Virus record (IMG/VR): IMGVR_UViG_3300033121_001869
Location: 109,076-173,075 of that record
Direction: 5' to 3' (one strand)
Length of the DNA stretch: 64,000 bases
DNA from: a virus
Lineage: Duplodnaviria; Heunggongvirae; Uroviricota; Caudoviricetes
Each line of letters opens with the position of its first letter. Position 1 is the first letter of the stretch. Positions 8,171-18,289 of the stretch are shown in pieces. Below the pieces are notes generated by a model. It had not been told where the DNA came from and did no database searches. It worked only from the letters and a program-made list of their open reading frames with translations. The position numbers and the translations under genes are program-made.

Positions 8171-11100
8171 TTACTCCGCCACACTACTAATATTTAAATT
8201 TGTTTCAGATATTGTAACATTGGCTGATTTTATATAGTTAAAATTAGAATCTCCATAATCAATATCAGGAGCTACGGCAACAAAAGGAGCATTGACGGAT
8301 TCATTGATATAACTCAAACATCCAGCACCAGCCCCTGTTAAATAAAAATTATCCCATGTTGGAAGTCCTTGAGAAGGTATAACTATCAAATTACCATCCA
8401 ATCCCGATGTTGTTGATGTTGAATCAACAGGAAGTGCTTGACCCCAAACACCTGCATAACCACTAACTCCAACTTGTGGATTAGACGGATCATCTACATT
8501 AAATCCTGGATCTCCTGGATTAACTAAAGGACCAACATATCCACCCTCCACACCAGGATTAAGAACAAGTGGTGTAGTGTCCCAAGTAGATATTGTTTTA
8601 AATAGAATACAATCATCTGCAATTTGTGTAAATGGAATCATATCTGTCTCTACGAATCTTATCTTTTTAAATCGTAGTGAGTAAGTAGGTCCTGAGAATA
8701 GTAACATTTTCAAATCTCTCTTATTAAAGAAATACTCTCTTTGTCTAACAACTGAAGGAGATGTTATTTGATTAATAGGTATTGTTATATCACTACCAGC
8801 AAATAATGTATTAATAGCGCCAATAGAATAAGTAGCTGGATAATTATTATAAAATACTATCGGATTAACAACACCATTTGATGATTGTGTAAATGATAAA
8901 TTATCTGCTTCAATTTCGATAAATGAGTATCTTAAATTATCAATTTCAACATTTGAATTATCAAATATATCAACAGTAAAGTTTACATTATCATCCAAAG
9001 GTATCACTTGTGGAGATCTTCTTCCACCTGTTAAATATAACCACTCTGATTCATAACTACCAATATTAGATATAATTGAATTTGTAGCTGGTGAGAATCC
9101 ATCCGATAAATAAGAGAATGTCCAACCATCAGCAATAAAATTACTAATTCCAAATCCTTGATTAGTATTATCAAAATTTGTATAAATTAATTCATTAATA
9201 TCAATAAACTCTCCATATCCATCTAAGAAATCAGTATATTCTTTCCACTTCCAACCTAATCTATAAGTCTGAGAATTTAAGTCAAATCCATTTCTAAATG
9301 TAGAGTTAGATTCCAATACATCGACAGTTGGATATCCATAAAAATTATTCTCAATAAATGATGCTGTAAATCCTAAAGAAGTTTGCTTATAAACATTATT
9401 AATTCTATTAATATTAACACCTTCAGACTCATAAAAATTAACATCTATCCAAGAATTATACTTGAATTGATAGGGTTGTCCGGAAACATTCTCATCATAA
9501 AAATCAAATTTCTGAATAAGTCCTGTGTGGTAAGATATGATATTATCATTATCATCTTCATAACTACTTGTCAATCCTCTAAAAATACCGCCTTTAAATA
9601 CACCATCAACCCATTGAGAGTCTATCATCTGAGTAATATATGGGTGTCCTTTAAATAAACCATTATTCCAAACCCCATTCATAAACATACCATTTAAAAA
9701 TGCACCATTTAGCCAGATATTCTTACTTACATAAATTAAGTGATACTCAGAATCTCTTTCAATGCTTCTAATTGGGAAATTAATGTTTACTTCTAAAGTA
9801 ATAGATGTTTTATTTGTAATATTATCATAATTAATATCAATTATTTCTAAATAATCTCTTATTAATCTTCGATTATTATTTATATCAATAGTTACAATAT
9901 TACCAACAGATACTTTATCACCAATATTAAAATCAGTAATTAGCCCTGGACTATTAGCACCAACATTCAAAACATTCAAATCAAATGTCCATGTCCAAAT
10001 ATTATTCTTATATGCTTTATTTTTTAAACTATTGTCAAATTGTGCCAAATTATCACAGAAGATAGTTGTCAAATCTTCTCTCCACCCTTCATTCCATATT
10101 CCATTTTCCCAAACACCGGAAAGAAAATATCCATTTCCAAATCTTGTTAAAACCTCACCGTAAATTGGATTATACCCATTAACTCCGGTTTGATTTTCAA
10201 AAACAAACCCATTATAAAGAACTAAATCATTAAATGTATAGGATCCCAATGGATTCCATTGGTAAACTCCACCACCGCCACTAAATGTCCAATTCACAGC
10301 ATCTAAATCAGGAGGTAATTGTGGATTGTTATTTCCAGTAGTATTAAAGTATAATAGATTATTATAAACTACAACACTATCAACAGGGTATTGCCCGGTT
10401 GAAGTCCAAGTTGTATATGATGATGTCCCATTAACCAAAAAGTAAGACCAATCATAATTCTCTGTTAATAGATCATATCCAATTATTGAAAATTCTTTCT
10501 TATATCCGACGCCTGTTGGTAGAGATAATGATGCAGTTATACCATATAAGTCATTATTATAATCAGAATAACTATTTGTTCCTAAAAATGAGTTATTAAT
10601 GTGTATCTTATCCCAATTTGAATATAAGGAATTAAATGAATTAGAAAATGATTGTGAGGCATATGTCGAAATATTCAATATAATATCACTTGTAAATCCT
10701 GGATAGACTACAACCCCAGAGTATGTCGCAGTTTGTGTAAATGGAGATCCATTCCAGTTACCATTCTTCCAAATACCATTTTCCCATAGAACATTATAAG
10801 CATTCATGTATTTTGCAATTCCATTTTTCCAAATAATACCCCAAGAATTTCCCTGAGTAGAATTTGCGTAAGAATCAAAAACACCTTGCTTCCATGTAGA
10901 ATAATAAAAATCCGATGAATAAGCTTCACCATTTTCCCAAATACAAGTTTCTCCTCTAAATCCACTTTGAGTCCCTGGATATAAAAATATTGATTTAATA
11001 TCAATAGATGTTCCCTGAATTATCAATTGGAATGATGTGGTATTAGATGCTGTCCATGAAACACTATAAATACCTGGACCATCTGTACTATCAACAACCT

Positions 11101-14100
11101 TATTAGCAGGATCTATAAAATCAACCCAAACATCTGAATTGTTATTTGATTTAACATCAATTGTAAATGTATAAGGAACACCGATTTCTATTGTGTTAAA
11201 TTGATAATATGTTTGTGTTCCGCTTATTTTATAAACATCATTAATTTTTGATATTCCAAAAATTCTTTCATCAATTAAATTAATATAAGGATTAAAAGCA
11301 GAATTGACAAAATATCCATCTTGGAAAGTACCATCTAACCAAATAGAATTATCCATCGTAGCATCAAAATTTGAGAATGTTCCAGAAAACCATAACATGT
11401 TTTTAAAGGATGTATCAGGTTTCTTTCTTCTCTTGGTTGATATTCTTTCTATTTCTGTATAGATTTTTTCATCTGTAATAAATCTATCTTTATTCTTACT
11501 AACAAATCCATCTTGCCAATATCCATAATAATACGCATTATAAGTTCTTATAAATTCATTATAGTTAGCAACATCTGTGTCTCCAACGTTAGTTCTTAAA
11601 TTAGAAGCATGTCCTTCAAATTGTCCTCTTGTGAATATACCATTTCTCCAATATTTACCCTTAAATTTACCACCATTAAATTCACCAGTGTACCAAGTCG
11701 AATTACTCTCTGTTGATCCAGATCCAAATTCACCACCATTAAATTTACCATTTTGCCAACTAAATTTATCAGATGTATATCCAAGATACATAAAAGGTGT
11801 TACGATCGATCCATCAAATAAATAATAATGTGAAGTAAATTTACCACCATTAAAAATACCATTTTTCCAAGATGCGACATCTGTAAATTCTCCGCCATTA
11901 AATATACCATCATACCATGTAGAGGAATAAGGATACGTATCATCATAAGTATTTAACATACTAACACCAAAAACACCCGCATTAAAAACACCATCTTTCC
12001 ATTCAATAGATGAATTGTTTGCAAAGTTTGATTGTGGATCCTCACATTTAAAATTCGCATTAATAACATTCACATTACTAAATGTTCCTGTCCATACTCT
12101 CGTATTTTTATATGGTATATTAGTTTTTCCAAAATTACCACCAGTAACCAACCCAGTTAAAAAGTTAGAATCATAGAAATTACCACCAACAAATGATCCA
12201 TATTCAAAATTACTTTTTTCAAAATCTCCATTTTTAAAAGTTCCATTTTTCCAAGACCACCTTGTTTTATTATCCACACCATTATTATCATAATAATAAG
12301 CATCATATGTTTGATCATAAACATTGGCATTTCCAGGCAAATTTGTTGTATTTTTATAGAATAATCCGTTTTCAAAAACACCATCATCCCAAGTACTATT
12401 TCTGAATATACCATTTTTAAATCCGCCGGATTTTAACCAATAATTACTTGAAGAAGTTGGTGATATTGAATAAGTAAAAGAAGATGTATTCCAATATCCA
12501 TTATGGAAAATCCCACCTGACCAAACATCACTTCCAGAAATGAAATGTGAGTATTGAACTAAACCACTCTTGATTGTATTTTTGTTGTTACTAAATATAA
12601 TATCAGATAGTAAAAGCTTTCTAAGATTAGATAAATTACTAAGTTCTCTATCCTTAACATCAAATTCAAAATTATCGACAACACAATTTTCAAAATAGGC
12701 TCTTCTAAAAATACCAGAAGATATTATTGAATTTTGGAACTTAACAGGATGCAAATAATTCCAAGAATTTTTGGCATTCATTGTCTTTAAATACTTCTGT
12801 GAACTAAAATCTGTAAATCCAGTAATAACAGATTGTGTATAAATATCCTGTAAGTAAATATTTCTCGAACTTGTTCCAGATGTAATTGAATTTATTTTAT
12901 AAGTATCTGGCATTGGAATTAAATTATCACCACCATTCAAATTAGAATCATAGTATAATCCATTAATAAAAGCTATATTAGAAACAGAATTAGTGCTGCC
13001 AATAATATCATTTCTTTTTTTACCACCAATTGGTAATGAAATTTCATTTGTAGATGATGTTACAGATGCAATATATCCATTTTTAGATTCAAATGAATAG
13101 TCGGCATTATAATTAAAGTAATTACCCGTTACCCATTTTGAGTTTTTAAATAATCCACTAACAAAATCAGAATCAAGTATATATGCTTTTGAGATGTCAA
13201 TAGTGTCTCCAATAAATGGTCTTGTTGAACTAGAAGATGTTCCATAATCAAAATCTTCACCTAAAGAAATAAAAATATCCAATGATGGTAGTGCAATATC
13301 ATTTGGAACTAATAATGTTGCCGTTCCAGAGATTATACCCGGAGAATTTCTATTCTCCTCCTTAGTTGATAATTGAACTAATACCTTACGTTCTGGTTTA
13401 GATCCCGGGATATCATAAGTTTGATTATAGTATCCTATTGAAAATTTATCATCAAAGAAGTTAAGTAATTCGGTACTCGGAATATTAATTCCAAGATCTT
13501 GGAAGTAAAAATTCTGAAATTCCCTCAATCTTAACCAATTAGTATCTGTCAAATAAAATTTGTACATTTTATAAGGAACATCCATATTTGAATCATACCA
13601 AATAATATTACTTTCCTCATATTCTTGAATCTTAACTATTTTATCTGATAACCAAGTTGAATCTAAAAATACAGAAGCGGCAATTTCTGAATTAACTGAT
13701 TTACACTTTTGTAATAATGAATTAAAAACATAAGAACTTATAATTGTCGAATTACTTATATTAGCAAATAATATATCGCTATTATAATAAACACCACCTC
13801 TTATATTTATTGAATATGTAGTAGAAGTATTAGTTAAGTAATCTTGTAAAACTGATGTTGTTACAGAATTTGTACCATAGACAACAGCCATATTAAATAT
13901 ATTACCATTAATTACATCACCTCCCGTAAAATTTGTATTGAAAATATAATTATACCCACTACCACCATTATTTGATGAATTTGCTCGTATTTGTGGAATC
14001 TCATATCTGTCAAAAACCGTAAAATATGAATTATTATTGACAATTGTAGAATCTAAAATTCCAGACTTCCAATCAACATTTAACGTGGACCCAAGATTCC

Positions 14101-15109
14101 ATTTTATATTATCTCCAACATAGGATATTCTTTCCTCATGTTGTCCAAGAAGTCCTTGATTATATGTTCCACTTTTTAAAAAGCCTCTCCTAAAATGTTG
14201 TTCAGTGATAATAGTTGGTAAATATGTTTTATCTATTTTCCACTTACTTTCTAGTGTATCAAAATAATAAATATATTCATTCTTAAATTTAACTCCACCA
14301 CTCTCAAAATTTCCATTCATTATTCTCAACTTTCCGTTGTTATAAAATCCTGATAACGACTGAGTCCATCCAGAATTTAAATAAGGAATAATGTTATTTG
14401 ATATAACATCTGATGTTATGTTTACAAAATAGTTATTTGATGATGTATTTCCACGAACAACAAATGAATTACCCAAAGATGAATATGTACCTGATAATGA
14501 AAAATCGGAAGCAAAAGATTGTAAGTTATACTCACCATCAACTATTGAAAAAGTCCCATTAAGAAATAGGAAATTATTAAATCCAATATCAAATTTATTT
14601 TGAATAACACCACTATCACTTCTCATTGATAAAACTTGACAATAATAGTCAAACTCATATTGATTAGACGCTACATATATTTTAACAAAATTATCTATTT
14701 CTTCTTCATTTGTCGGTAATTGACCAACATATTTTATATCTAAAACTATCTTACATCTATCAACATATAAAACTTTATATCCATCAACACCTTTTTTATA
14801 TCTATTATTAATAATAAAATTATCAGAATCATAAAATCCACCCTCAATGAAAACTCTATCTCCTAATTTATAATTATGATCTACCTCTGTATAAAAAAGT
14901 GAATAATCAACCCCAGAAATTCTATAAGGCTCAACCCATTTTTTCAATCGTATAGAGAATGTCTTTTTTGTAACATCGGATATTCTTTTTGTATCAATAG
15001 AAACAACACTATTTTCACTAATAGATGAAATATTCAATTGATCATTTTGAGTGATATTTGGCAGTTTTTTTCTTATAGTGACAAGAGGTGATTTACCTTG
15101 AATTTTCAT
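8171..15109 (-). CDS. giant tail fiber or host-recognition structural protein (2312 aa) with internal W-x-NG-x-F-NGG-x-F repeats
   Basis: Single uninterrupted ORF with a repeated motif block (WKDGVFNAGVF, WYDGIFNGGEF, WKNGIFNGGKF, WQNGKFNGGEF, WYTGEFNGGKF, WRNGIFTRGQF). It is immediately followed by the tail-collar gene. Confidence 0.7.
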   Translation of the reverse strand: MKIQGKSPLVTIRKKLPNITQNDQLNISSISENSVVSIDTKRISDVTKKTFSIRLKKWVEPYRISGVDYSLFYTEVDHNYKLGDRVFIEGGFYDSDNFIINNRYKKGVDGYKVLYVDRCKIVLDIKYVGQLPTNEEEIDNFVKIYVASNQYEFDYYCQVLSMRSDSGVIQNKFDIGFNNFLFLNGTFSIVDGEYNLQSFASDFSLSGTYSSLGNSFVVRGNTSSNNYFVNITSDVISNNIIPYLNSGWTQSLSGFYNNGKLRIMNGNFESGGVKFKNEYIYYFDTLESKWKIDKTYLPTIITEQHFRRGFLKSGTYNQGLLGQHEERISYVGDNIKWNLGSTLNVDWKSGILDSTIVNNNSYFTVFDRYEIPQIRANSSNNGGSGYNYIFNTNFTGGDVINGNIFNMAVVYGTNSVTTSVLQDYLTNTSTTYSINIRGGVYYNSDILFANISNSTIISSYVFNSLLQKCKSVNSEIAASVFLDSTWLSDKIVKIQEYEESNIIWYDSNMDVPYKMYKFYLTDTNWLRLREFQNFYFQDLGINIPSTELLNFFDDKFSIGYYNQTYDIPGSKPERKVLVQLSTKEENRNSPGIISGTATLLVPNDIALPSLDIFISLGEDFDYGTSSSSTRPFIGDTIDISKAYILDSDFVSGLFKNSKWVTGNYFNYNADYSFESKNGYIASVTSSTNEISLPIGGKKRNDIIGSTNSVSNIAFINGLYYDSNLNGGDNLIPMPDTYKINSITSGTSSRNIYLQDIYTQSVITGFTDFSSQKYLKTMNAKNSWNYLHPVKFQNSIISSGIFRRAYFENCVVDNFEFDVKDRELSNLSNLRKLLLSDIIFSNNKNTIKSGLVQYSHFISGSDVWSGGIFHNGYWNTSSFTYSISPTSSSNYWLKSGGFKNGIFRNSTWDDGVFENGLFYKNTTNLPGNANVYDQTYDAYYYDNNGVDNKTRWSWKNGTFKNGDFEKSNFEYGSFVGGNFYDSNFLTGLVTGGNFGKTNIPYKNTRVWTGTFSNVNVINANFKCEDPQSNFANNSSIEWKDGVFNAGVFGVSMLNTYDDTYPYSSTWYDGIFNGGEFTDVASWKNGIFNGGKFTSHYYLFDGSIVTPFMYLGYTSDKFSWQNGKFNGGEFGSGSTESNSTWYTGEFNGGKFKGKYWRNGIFTRGQFEGHASNLRTNVGDTDVANYNEFIRTYNAYYYGYWQDGFVSKNKDRFITDEKIYTEIERISTKRRKKPDTSFKNMLWFSGTFSNFDATMDNSIWLDGTFQDGYFVNSAFNPYINLIDERIFGISKINDVYKISGTQTYYQFNTIEIGVPYTFTIDVKSNNNSDVWVDFIDPANKVVDSTDGPGIYSVSWTASNTTSFQLIIQGTSIDIKSIFLYPGTQSGFRGETCIWENGEAYSSDFYYSTWKQGVFDSYANSTQGNSWGIIWKNGIAKYMNAYNVLWENGIWKNGNWNGSPFTQTATYSGVVVYPGFTSDIILNISTYASQSFSNSFNSLYSNWDKIHINNSFLGTNSYSDYNNDLYGITASLSLPTGVGYKKEFSIIGYDLLTENYDWSYFLVNGTSSYTTWTSTGQYPVDSVVVYNNLLYFNTTGNNNPQLPPDLDAVNWTFSGGGGVYQWNPLGSYTFNDLVLYNGFVFENQTGVNGYNPIYGEVLTRFGNGYFLSGVWENGIWNEGWREDLTTIFCDNLAQFDNSLKNKAYKNNIWTWTFDLNVLNVGANSPGLITDFNIGDKVSVGNIVTIDINNNRRLIRDYLEIIDINYDNITNKTSITLEVNINFPIRSIERDSEYHLIYVSKNIWLNGAFLNGMFMNGVWNNGLFKGHPYITQMIDSQWVDGVFKGGIFRGLTSSYEDDNDNIISYHTGLIQKFDFYDENVSGQPYQFKYNSWIDVNFYESEGVNINRINNVYKQTSLGFTASFIENNFYGYPTVDVLESNSTFRNGFDLNSQTYRLGWKWKEYTDFLDGYGEFIDINELIYTNFDNTNQGFGISNFIADGWTFSYLSDGFSPATNSIISNIGSYESEWLYLTGGRRSPQVIPLDDNVNFTVDIFDNSNVEIDNLRYSFIEIEADNLSFTQSSNGVVNPIVFYNNYPATYSIGAINTLFAGSDITIPINQITSPSVVRQREYFFNKRDLKMLLFSGPTYSLRFKKIRFVETDMIPFTQIADDCILFKTISTWDTTPLVLNPGVEGGYVGPLVNPGDPGFNVDDPSNPQVGVSGYAGVWGQALPVDSTSTTSGLDGNLIVIPSQGLPTWDNFYLTGAGAGCLSYINESVNAPFVAVAPDIDYGDSNFNYIKSANVTISETNLNISSVAE
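11570..12560 (-). repeat. imperfect tandem repeats encoding the W-x-NG-x-F-NGG-x-F beta-solenoid-like units
   Basis: The DNA motif (A)AATTTACCACCATTAAA and variants recur at about 11661, 11743, 11839 and 11886. The repeat is visible at protein level throughout. Confidence 0.5.
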
Positions 15110-15207
15110 TAATAGTTAAAGCTTTTAATTATATATTATTATAATAATATTTCTATCTTAAATTCACAAAATCAGCATTAAGATGTAAAAGATTAATATA
15201 TACAAAT

Positions 15208-15966
15208 ATGATAGGAGATAAATATGCAAATCTAATAGTGTTAGAAGAAGTAAACAAAAATAAAAGGAATGAAAGAATGTGGTTATGTCAATGTGATTGT
15301 GGCAATAAAAAAATTATTAAGGGATATAATCTCAAAATTGGCAAAACAAAATCTTGCGGATGTATTAAAACGGGAATTAAGCCAAAAAATAGGATCAATC
15401 TAAAATTAAATGACTTCATTTTAATCAAATTTATTGAAATGGATAAAAATAGAATATCCTTGTGGTTAGCTAAGTGTAAATGTGGGAAAGAAAAAATAAT
15501 TAGAAGTAATACTAGGGTAAAATCTTGCGGGTGTAGGAAGAAGGAAACTGATTCCAATCGAAGTGGTAAAAATAATCCTAGATACAATCCACTACTAAGT
15601 GATGAATCGAGAAATGATAAACGATTATATGAAGGTTATGATAAATGGAGATTTCAAATAAAAGAAAAATATCAATTTCAATGCATAGTCTGTGGAGATG
15701 ATCGCGGCGGAAATCTAATCAGTCATCATTTAAATTCCTATCATGATAACATAGATGAAAGACTAAGCACAAAAAATGGTGTCTGTCTATGTGAAATATG
15801 TCATAAAAAATTTCATAAAGAATATGGATATGGTAAAAATAATAAGTATCAATTCTTTGAATTTATGAAAAAATATTGTATTTTTGTAAAAAATAAAAAT
15901 CATAATGAGTCAGTGGAAAGTTTCAAAAGAGATAATAAGGATTTTTACACATCCATCAGCGGATAA
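15208..15966 (+). CDS. HNH homing endonuclease (free-standing) with N-terminal Cys-rich DNA-binding module
   Basis: N-terminal KYANLIVLEEV...WLCQCDCGNKKII...KTKSCGC module common in phage HNH endonucleases. C-terminal HHL..N..LC..CH..FH HNH motif. Confidence 0.7.
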   Translation: MIGDKYANLIVLEEVNKNKRNERMWLCQCDCGNKKIIKGYNLKIGKTKSCGCIKTGIKPKNRINLKLNDFILIKFIEMDKNRISLWLAKCKCGKEKIIRSNTRVKSCGCRKKETDSNRSGKNNPRYNPLLSDESRNDKRLYEGYDKWRFQIKEKYQFQCIVCGDDRGGNLISHHLNSYHDNIDERLSTKNGVCLCEICHKKFHKEYGYGKNNKYQFFEFMKKYCIFVKNKNHNESVESFKRDNKDFYTSISG

Positions 15967-16993
15967 TTTATCACTATGCAAAGTAGGATCATATCAAGTT
16001 GTTGTTCAGAAAGGATTATATAATGATGGTGATGAAGTAATTTTCGCCCCAGAAAAATCTATATTAACAGGCGATATCAAAAATGAATTTGAAAAATACC
16101 TTGCTGGTCCAACAAAAGACAGAGTAAAAGCAGTTCGTCTGCGTGGTGAAATTTCTTCTGGAATTATCATTCCGAAATTTCTTGTTCCTAATATGAATGA
16201 TTACCCAATTGGGTTAGACATTTCAGAATTATTGGGCATCACACATTACGAACCGCCAATTCCAACACAGTTAGCTGGTAAAGTTAAAACCTATGATATG
16301 CCATTCGTTGGATCTCATGATTGTGAGCACGTCGGTGTATATGTTAATGACTTAATTGATGGTGAAAGGGTTGTTATTACCGAAAAATTACATGGTAGTC
16401 AATTTATTTTAGCTCATAATGTTGATGTAAATGAAACAATTGTTTCTTCAAAAGGTCTTTTGAAGAATGGATTAACAATTGAAGAAAGTGATGATAATGC
16501 ATATTGGATTGCTTCAAAAAATGAAAATTTAATTGAAAAAATCAGACAAAATTTTGAATCTGGTGTAATTCAAATTTTTGGTGAAGTAATTCCAATTCAA
16601 AGTGGATATACATATGGTCAAACAAAGCCTACTGTAAGAATATTTGATGTTCGATTAAATGGTGAATCAATTCCATATGATGTAGTTCCAACTGATTTAA
16701 GAAATATTTGGGTCCCAGTTGTTTTTGATGGAAATATCAATTTAGATAAAAAGGAAATTGTTATATTTTCTGATCCTGAAAGAGGAATTCATAAAACTAA
16801 AATCGATTTCATTTTACCAACAAATATTGTTGAAATGTGCAAAGGAAAGGAATTGGTGTCTGGAAACGAATTACATATCCGAGAAGGTGTTGTTATTCGA
16901 CCATACATTGATAGAAATGCTAAAGATGGAACAAAACTTCGATTGAAAGTAATCAATCCAGCTTACAAAGAAACAGGTGAAGAAATTAACTAA
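15905..16993 (+). CDS. ATP-dependent RNA ligase, Rnl2 family (putative)
   Basis: Nucleotidyltransferase motifs in order: I VITEKLHGSQF (KxHG, as in T4 Rnl2 KIHGTN), III IFGEVI, IV RIFDV, V IREGVVIRP, and a C-terminal lysine motif KLRLKVINP. Confidence 0.55.
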   Translation: MSQWKVSKEIIRIFTHPSADNLSLCKVGSYQVVVQKGLYNDGDEVIFAPEKSILTGDIKNEFEKYLAGPTKDRVKAVRLRGEISSGIIIPKFLVPNMNDYPIGLDISELLGITHYEPPIPTQLAGKVKTYDMPFVGSHDCEHVGVYVNDLIDGERVVITEKLHGSQFILAHNVDVNETIVSSKGLLKNGLTIEESDDNAYWIASKNENLIEKIRQNFESGVIQIFGEVIPIQSGYTYGQTKPTVRIFDVRLNGESIPYDVVPTDLRNIWVPVVFDGNINLDKKEIVIFSDPERGIHKTKIDFILPTNIVEMCKGKELVSGNELHIREGVVIRPYIDRNAKDGTKLRLKVINPAYKETGEEIN

Positions 16994-16997
16994 TAGG

Positions 16998-17024
16998 TTC
17001 CATGCTTTTTAGCATGGAATTTTT
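16998..17024 (+). terminator. intrinsic terminator after the RNA ligase gene
   Basis: TTCCATGC-TTTTTA-GCATGGAA hairpin followed by TTTT. Confidence 0.55.
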
Positions 17025-17030
17025 ATATAT

Positions 17031-17549
17031 ATGAAAATGAAATATATTAAAGATATAGAGACATTCAATGAATCTTTAACTCCTAAAGATTATACAATTT
17101 TTAAAATAAGATATTATTCAGACGCAGTAAATGTAGTAAAAGGAAAATTTTCTGAAACAGATGAAGATAGACAACAAGCTTGGGATAGAGCTAAACAATA
17201 CAATGACTTTTTCTGGAAAATGGTCGAGAAAGTAACTGGAAATCCACATGAATATTGGTCATTAAAATACTTCCTATCATCAACAGATTGTGCTCGTGAA
17301 GAATTACATGAATTATATGATATAATAATTCCTGAATCAGAAGAATATTATTATTGGTATATTCCAAATACAATGACAGATTTAATTGAATGGATAAAAT
17401 CTGAATGTAAATTACCATTTCAAATTGTTCAAAGAGCCCCATATAACCGAGTTATTCAAGATAGAGAAAAAACAACTTGGAGAAGAGAAGAAGCAGAAAA
17501 GTTTGTAAAAAAACATATGCCAGAATTATCACAACATCAGACTAATTAA
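17031..17549 (+). CDS. hypothetical protein
   Basis: ORF of 172 aa lying between the RNA ligase and the sirtuin. Confidence 0.5.
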   Translation: MKMKYIKDIETFNESLTPKDYTIFKIRYYSDAVNVVKGKFSETDEDRQQAWDRAKQYNDFFWKMVEKVTGNPHEYWSLKYFLSSTDCAREELHELYDIIIPESEEYYYWYIPNTMTDLIEWIKSECKLPFQIVQRAPYNRVIQDREKTTWRREEAEKFVKKHMPELSQHQTN

Positions 17550-17563
17550 AAAATATAATTCTT

Positions 17564-18289
17564 ATGAAAAAGAAGATATTAGTATTTAGTGGTGCTGGAA
17601 TTTCAAAAGAAAGTGGAATTGACACTTTTAGAGATTCTGGTGGATTGTGGAACAATTATGATGTAATGAAAGTAGCACATATTGATGCTTGGAAAAAAGA
17701 TCCACAAACCGTCATAGATTTTTATAATTTTAGAAGAAAAGATGTGGGCTCAGTAAAACCAAATAAAGCTCATAAAATTTTGGCAGAATTGGAAAAATAT
17801 TTTGATGTTACAATAGCTACACAAAACGTCGATCCTTTACATGAAATGGCAGGTTCTACAAATGTAATACACCTACATGGTGAAATAACAAAACTAAGAA
17901 GTGAAAAAGATCCAAACTTAGTTGTTGAATGGAAAGAAGAATTAAAACTTGGACAATTAGCAGATGATGGAGAACAATTGAGACCTGATATTGTTTGGTT
18001 TGGTGAAGAATTAAACTATGATCGTGTTAACAAAGCTATGGATGCAGCAAAAAATGCTGATGTGTGTGTAATAGTAGGAACTTCAATGCAAGTAGCTCCA
18101 GCAAATCAAATACCATTTTTGATTCCAGAAACCGCATTAATATACTATGTCGACCCAGGAGACAAAGATTTTTACTTACCAAAAATGAGAGAATTTTTCT
18201 TCTATCATATTCAAAAAAATGCAACTGAAGGGATGCAAGAATTAAAAAAGGATTTATTTTCAACTTTTAAAATAAAAACGAATGCATAA
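17564..18289 (+). CDS. Sir2-family NAD-dependent deacylase or ADP-ribosyltransferase (sirtuin) lacking the zinc ribbon
   Basis: GAGISKESGIDTFR Rossmann motif, TQNVDPLHE, a catalytic His in IHLHGE and RPDIVWFGE. The Cys4 zinc-ribbon cysteines normally flanking this region are absent. Confidence 0.75.
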   Translation: MKKKILVFSGAGISKESGIDTFRDSGGLWNNYDVMKVAHIDAWKKDPQTVIDFYNFRRKDVGSVKPNKAHKILAELEKYFDVTIATQNVDPLHEMAGSTNVIHLHGEITKLRSEKDPNLVVEWKEELKLGQLADDGEQLRPDIVWFGEELNYDRVNKAMDAAKNADVCVIVGTSMQVAPANQIPFLIPETALIYYVDPGDKDFYLPKMREFFFYHIQKNATEGMQELKKDLFSTFKIKTNA

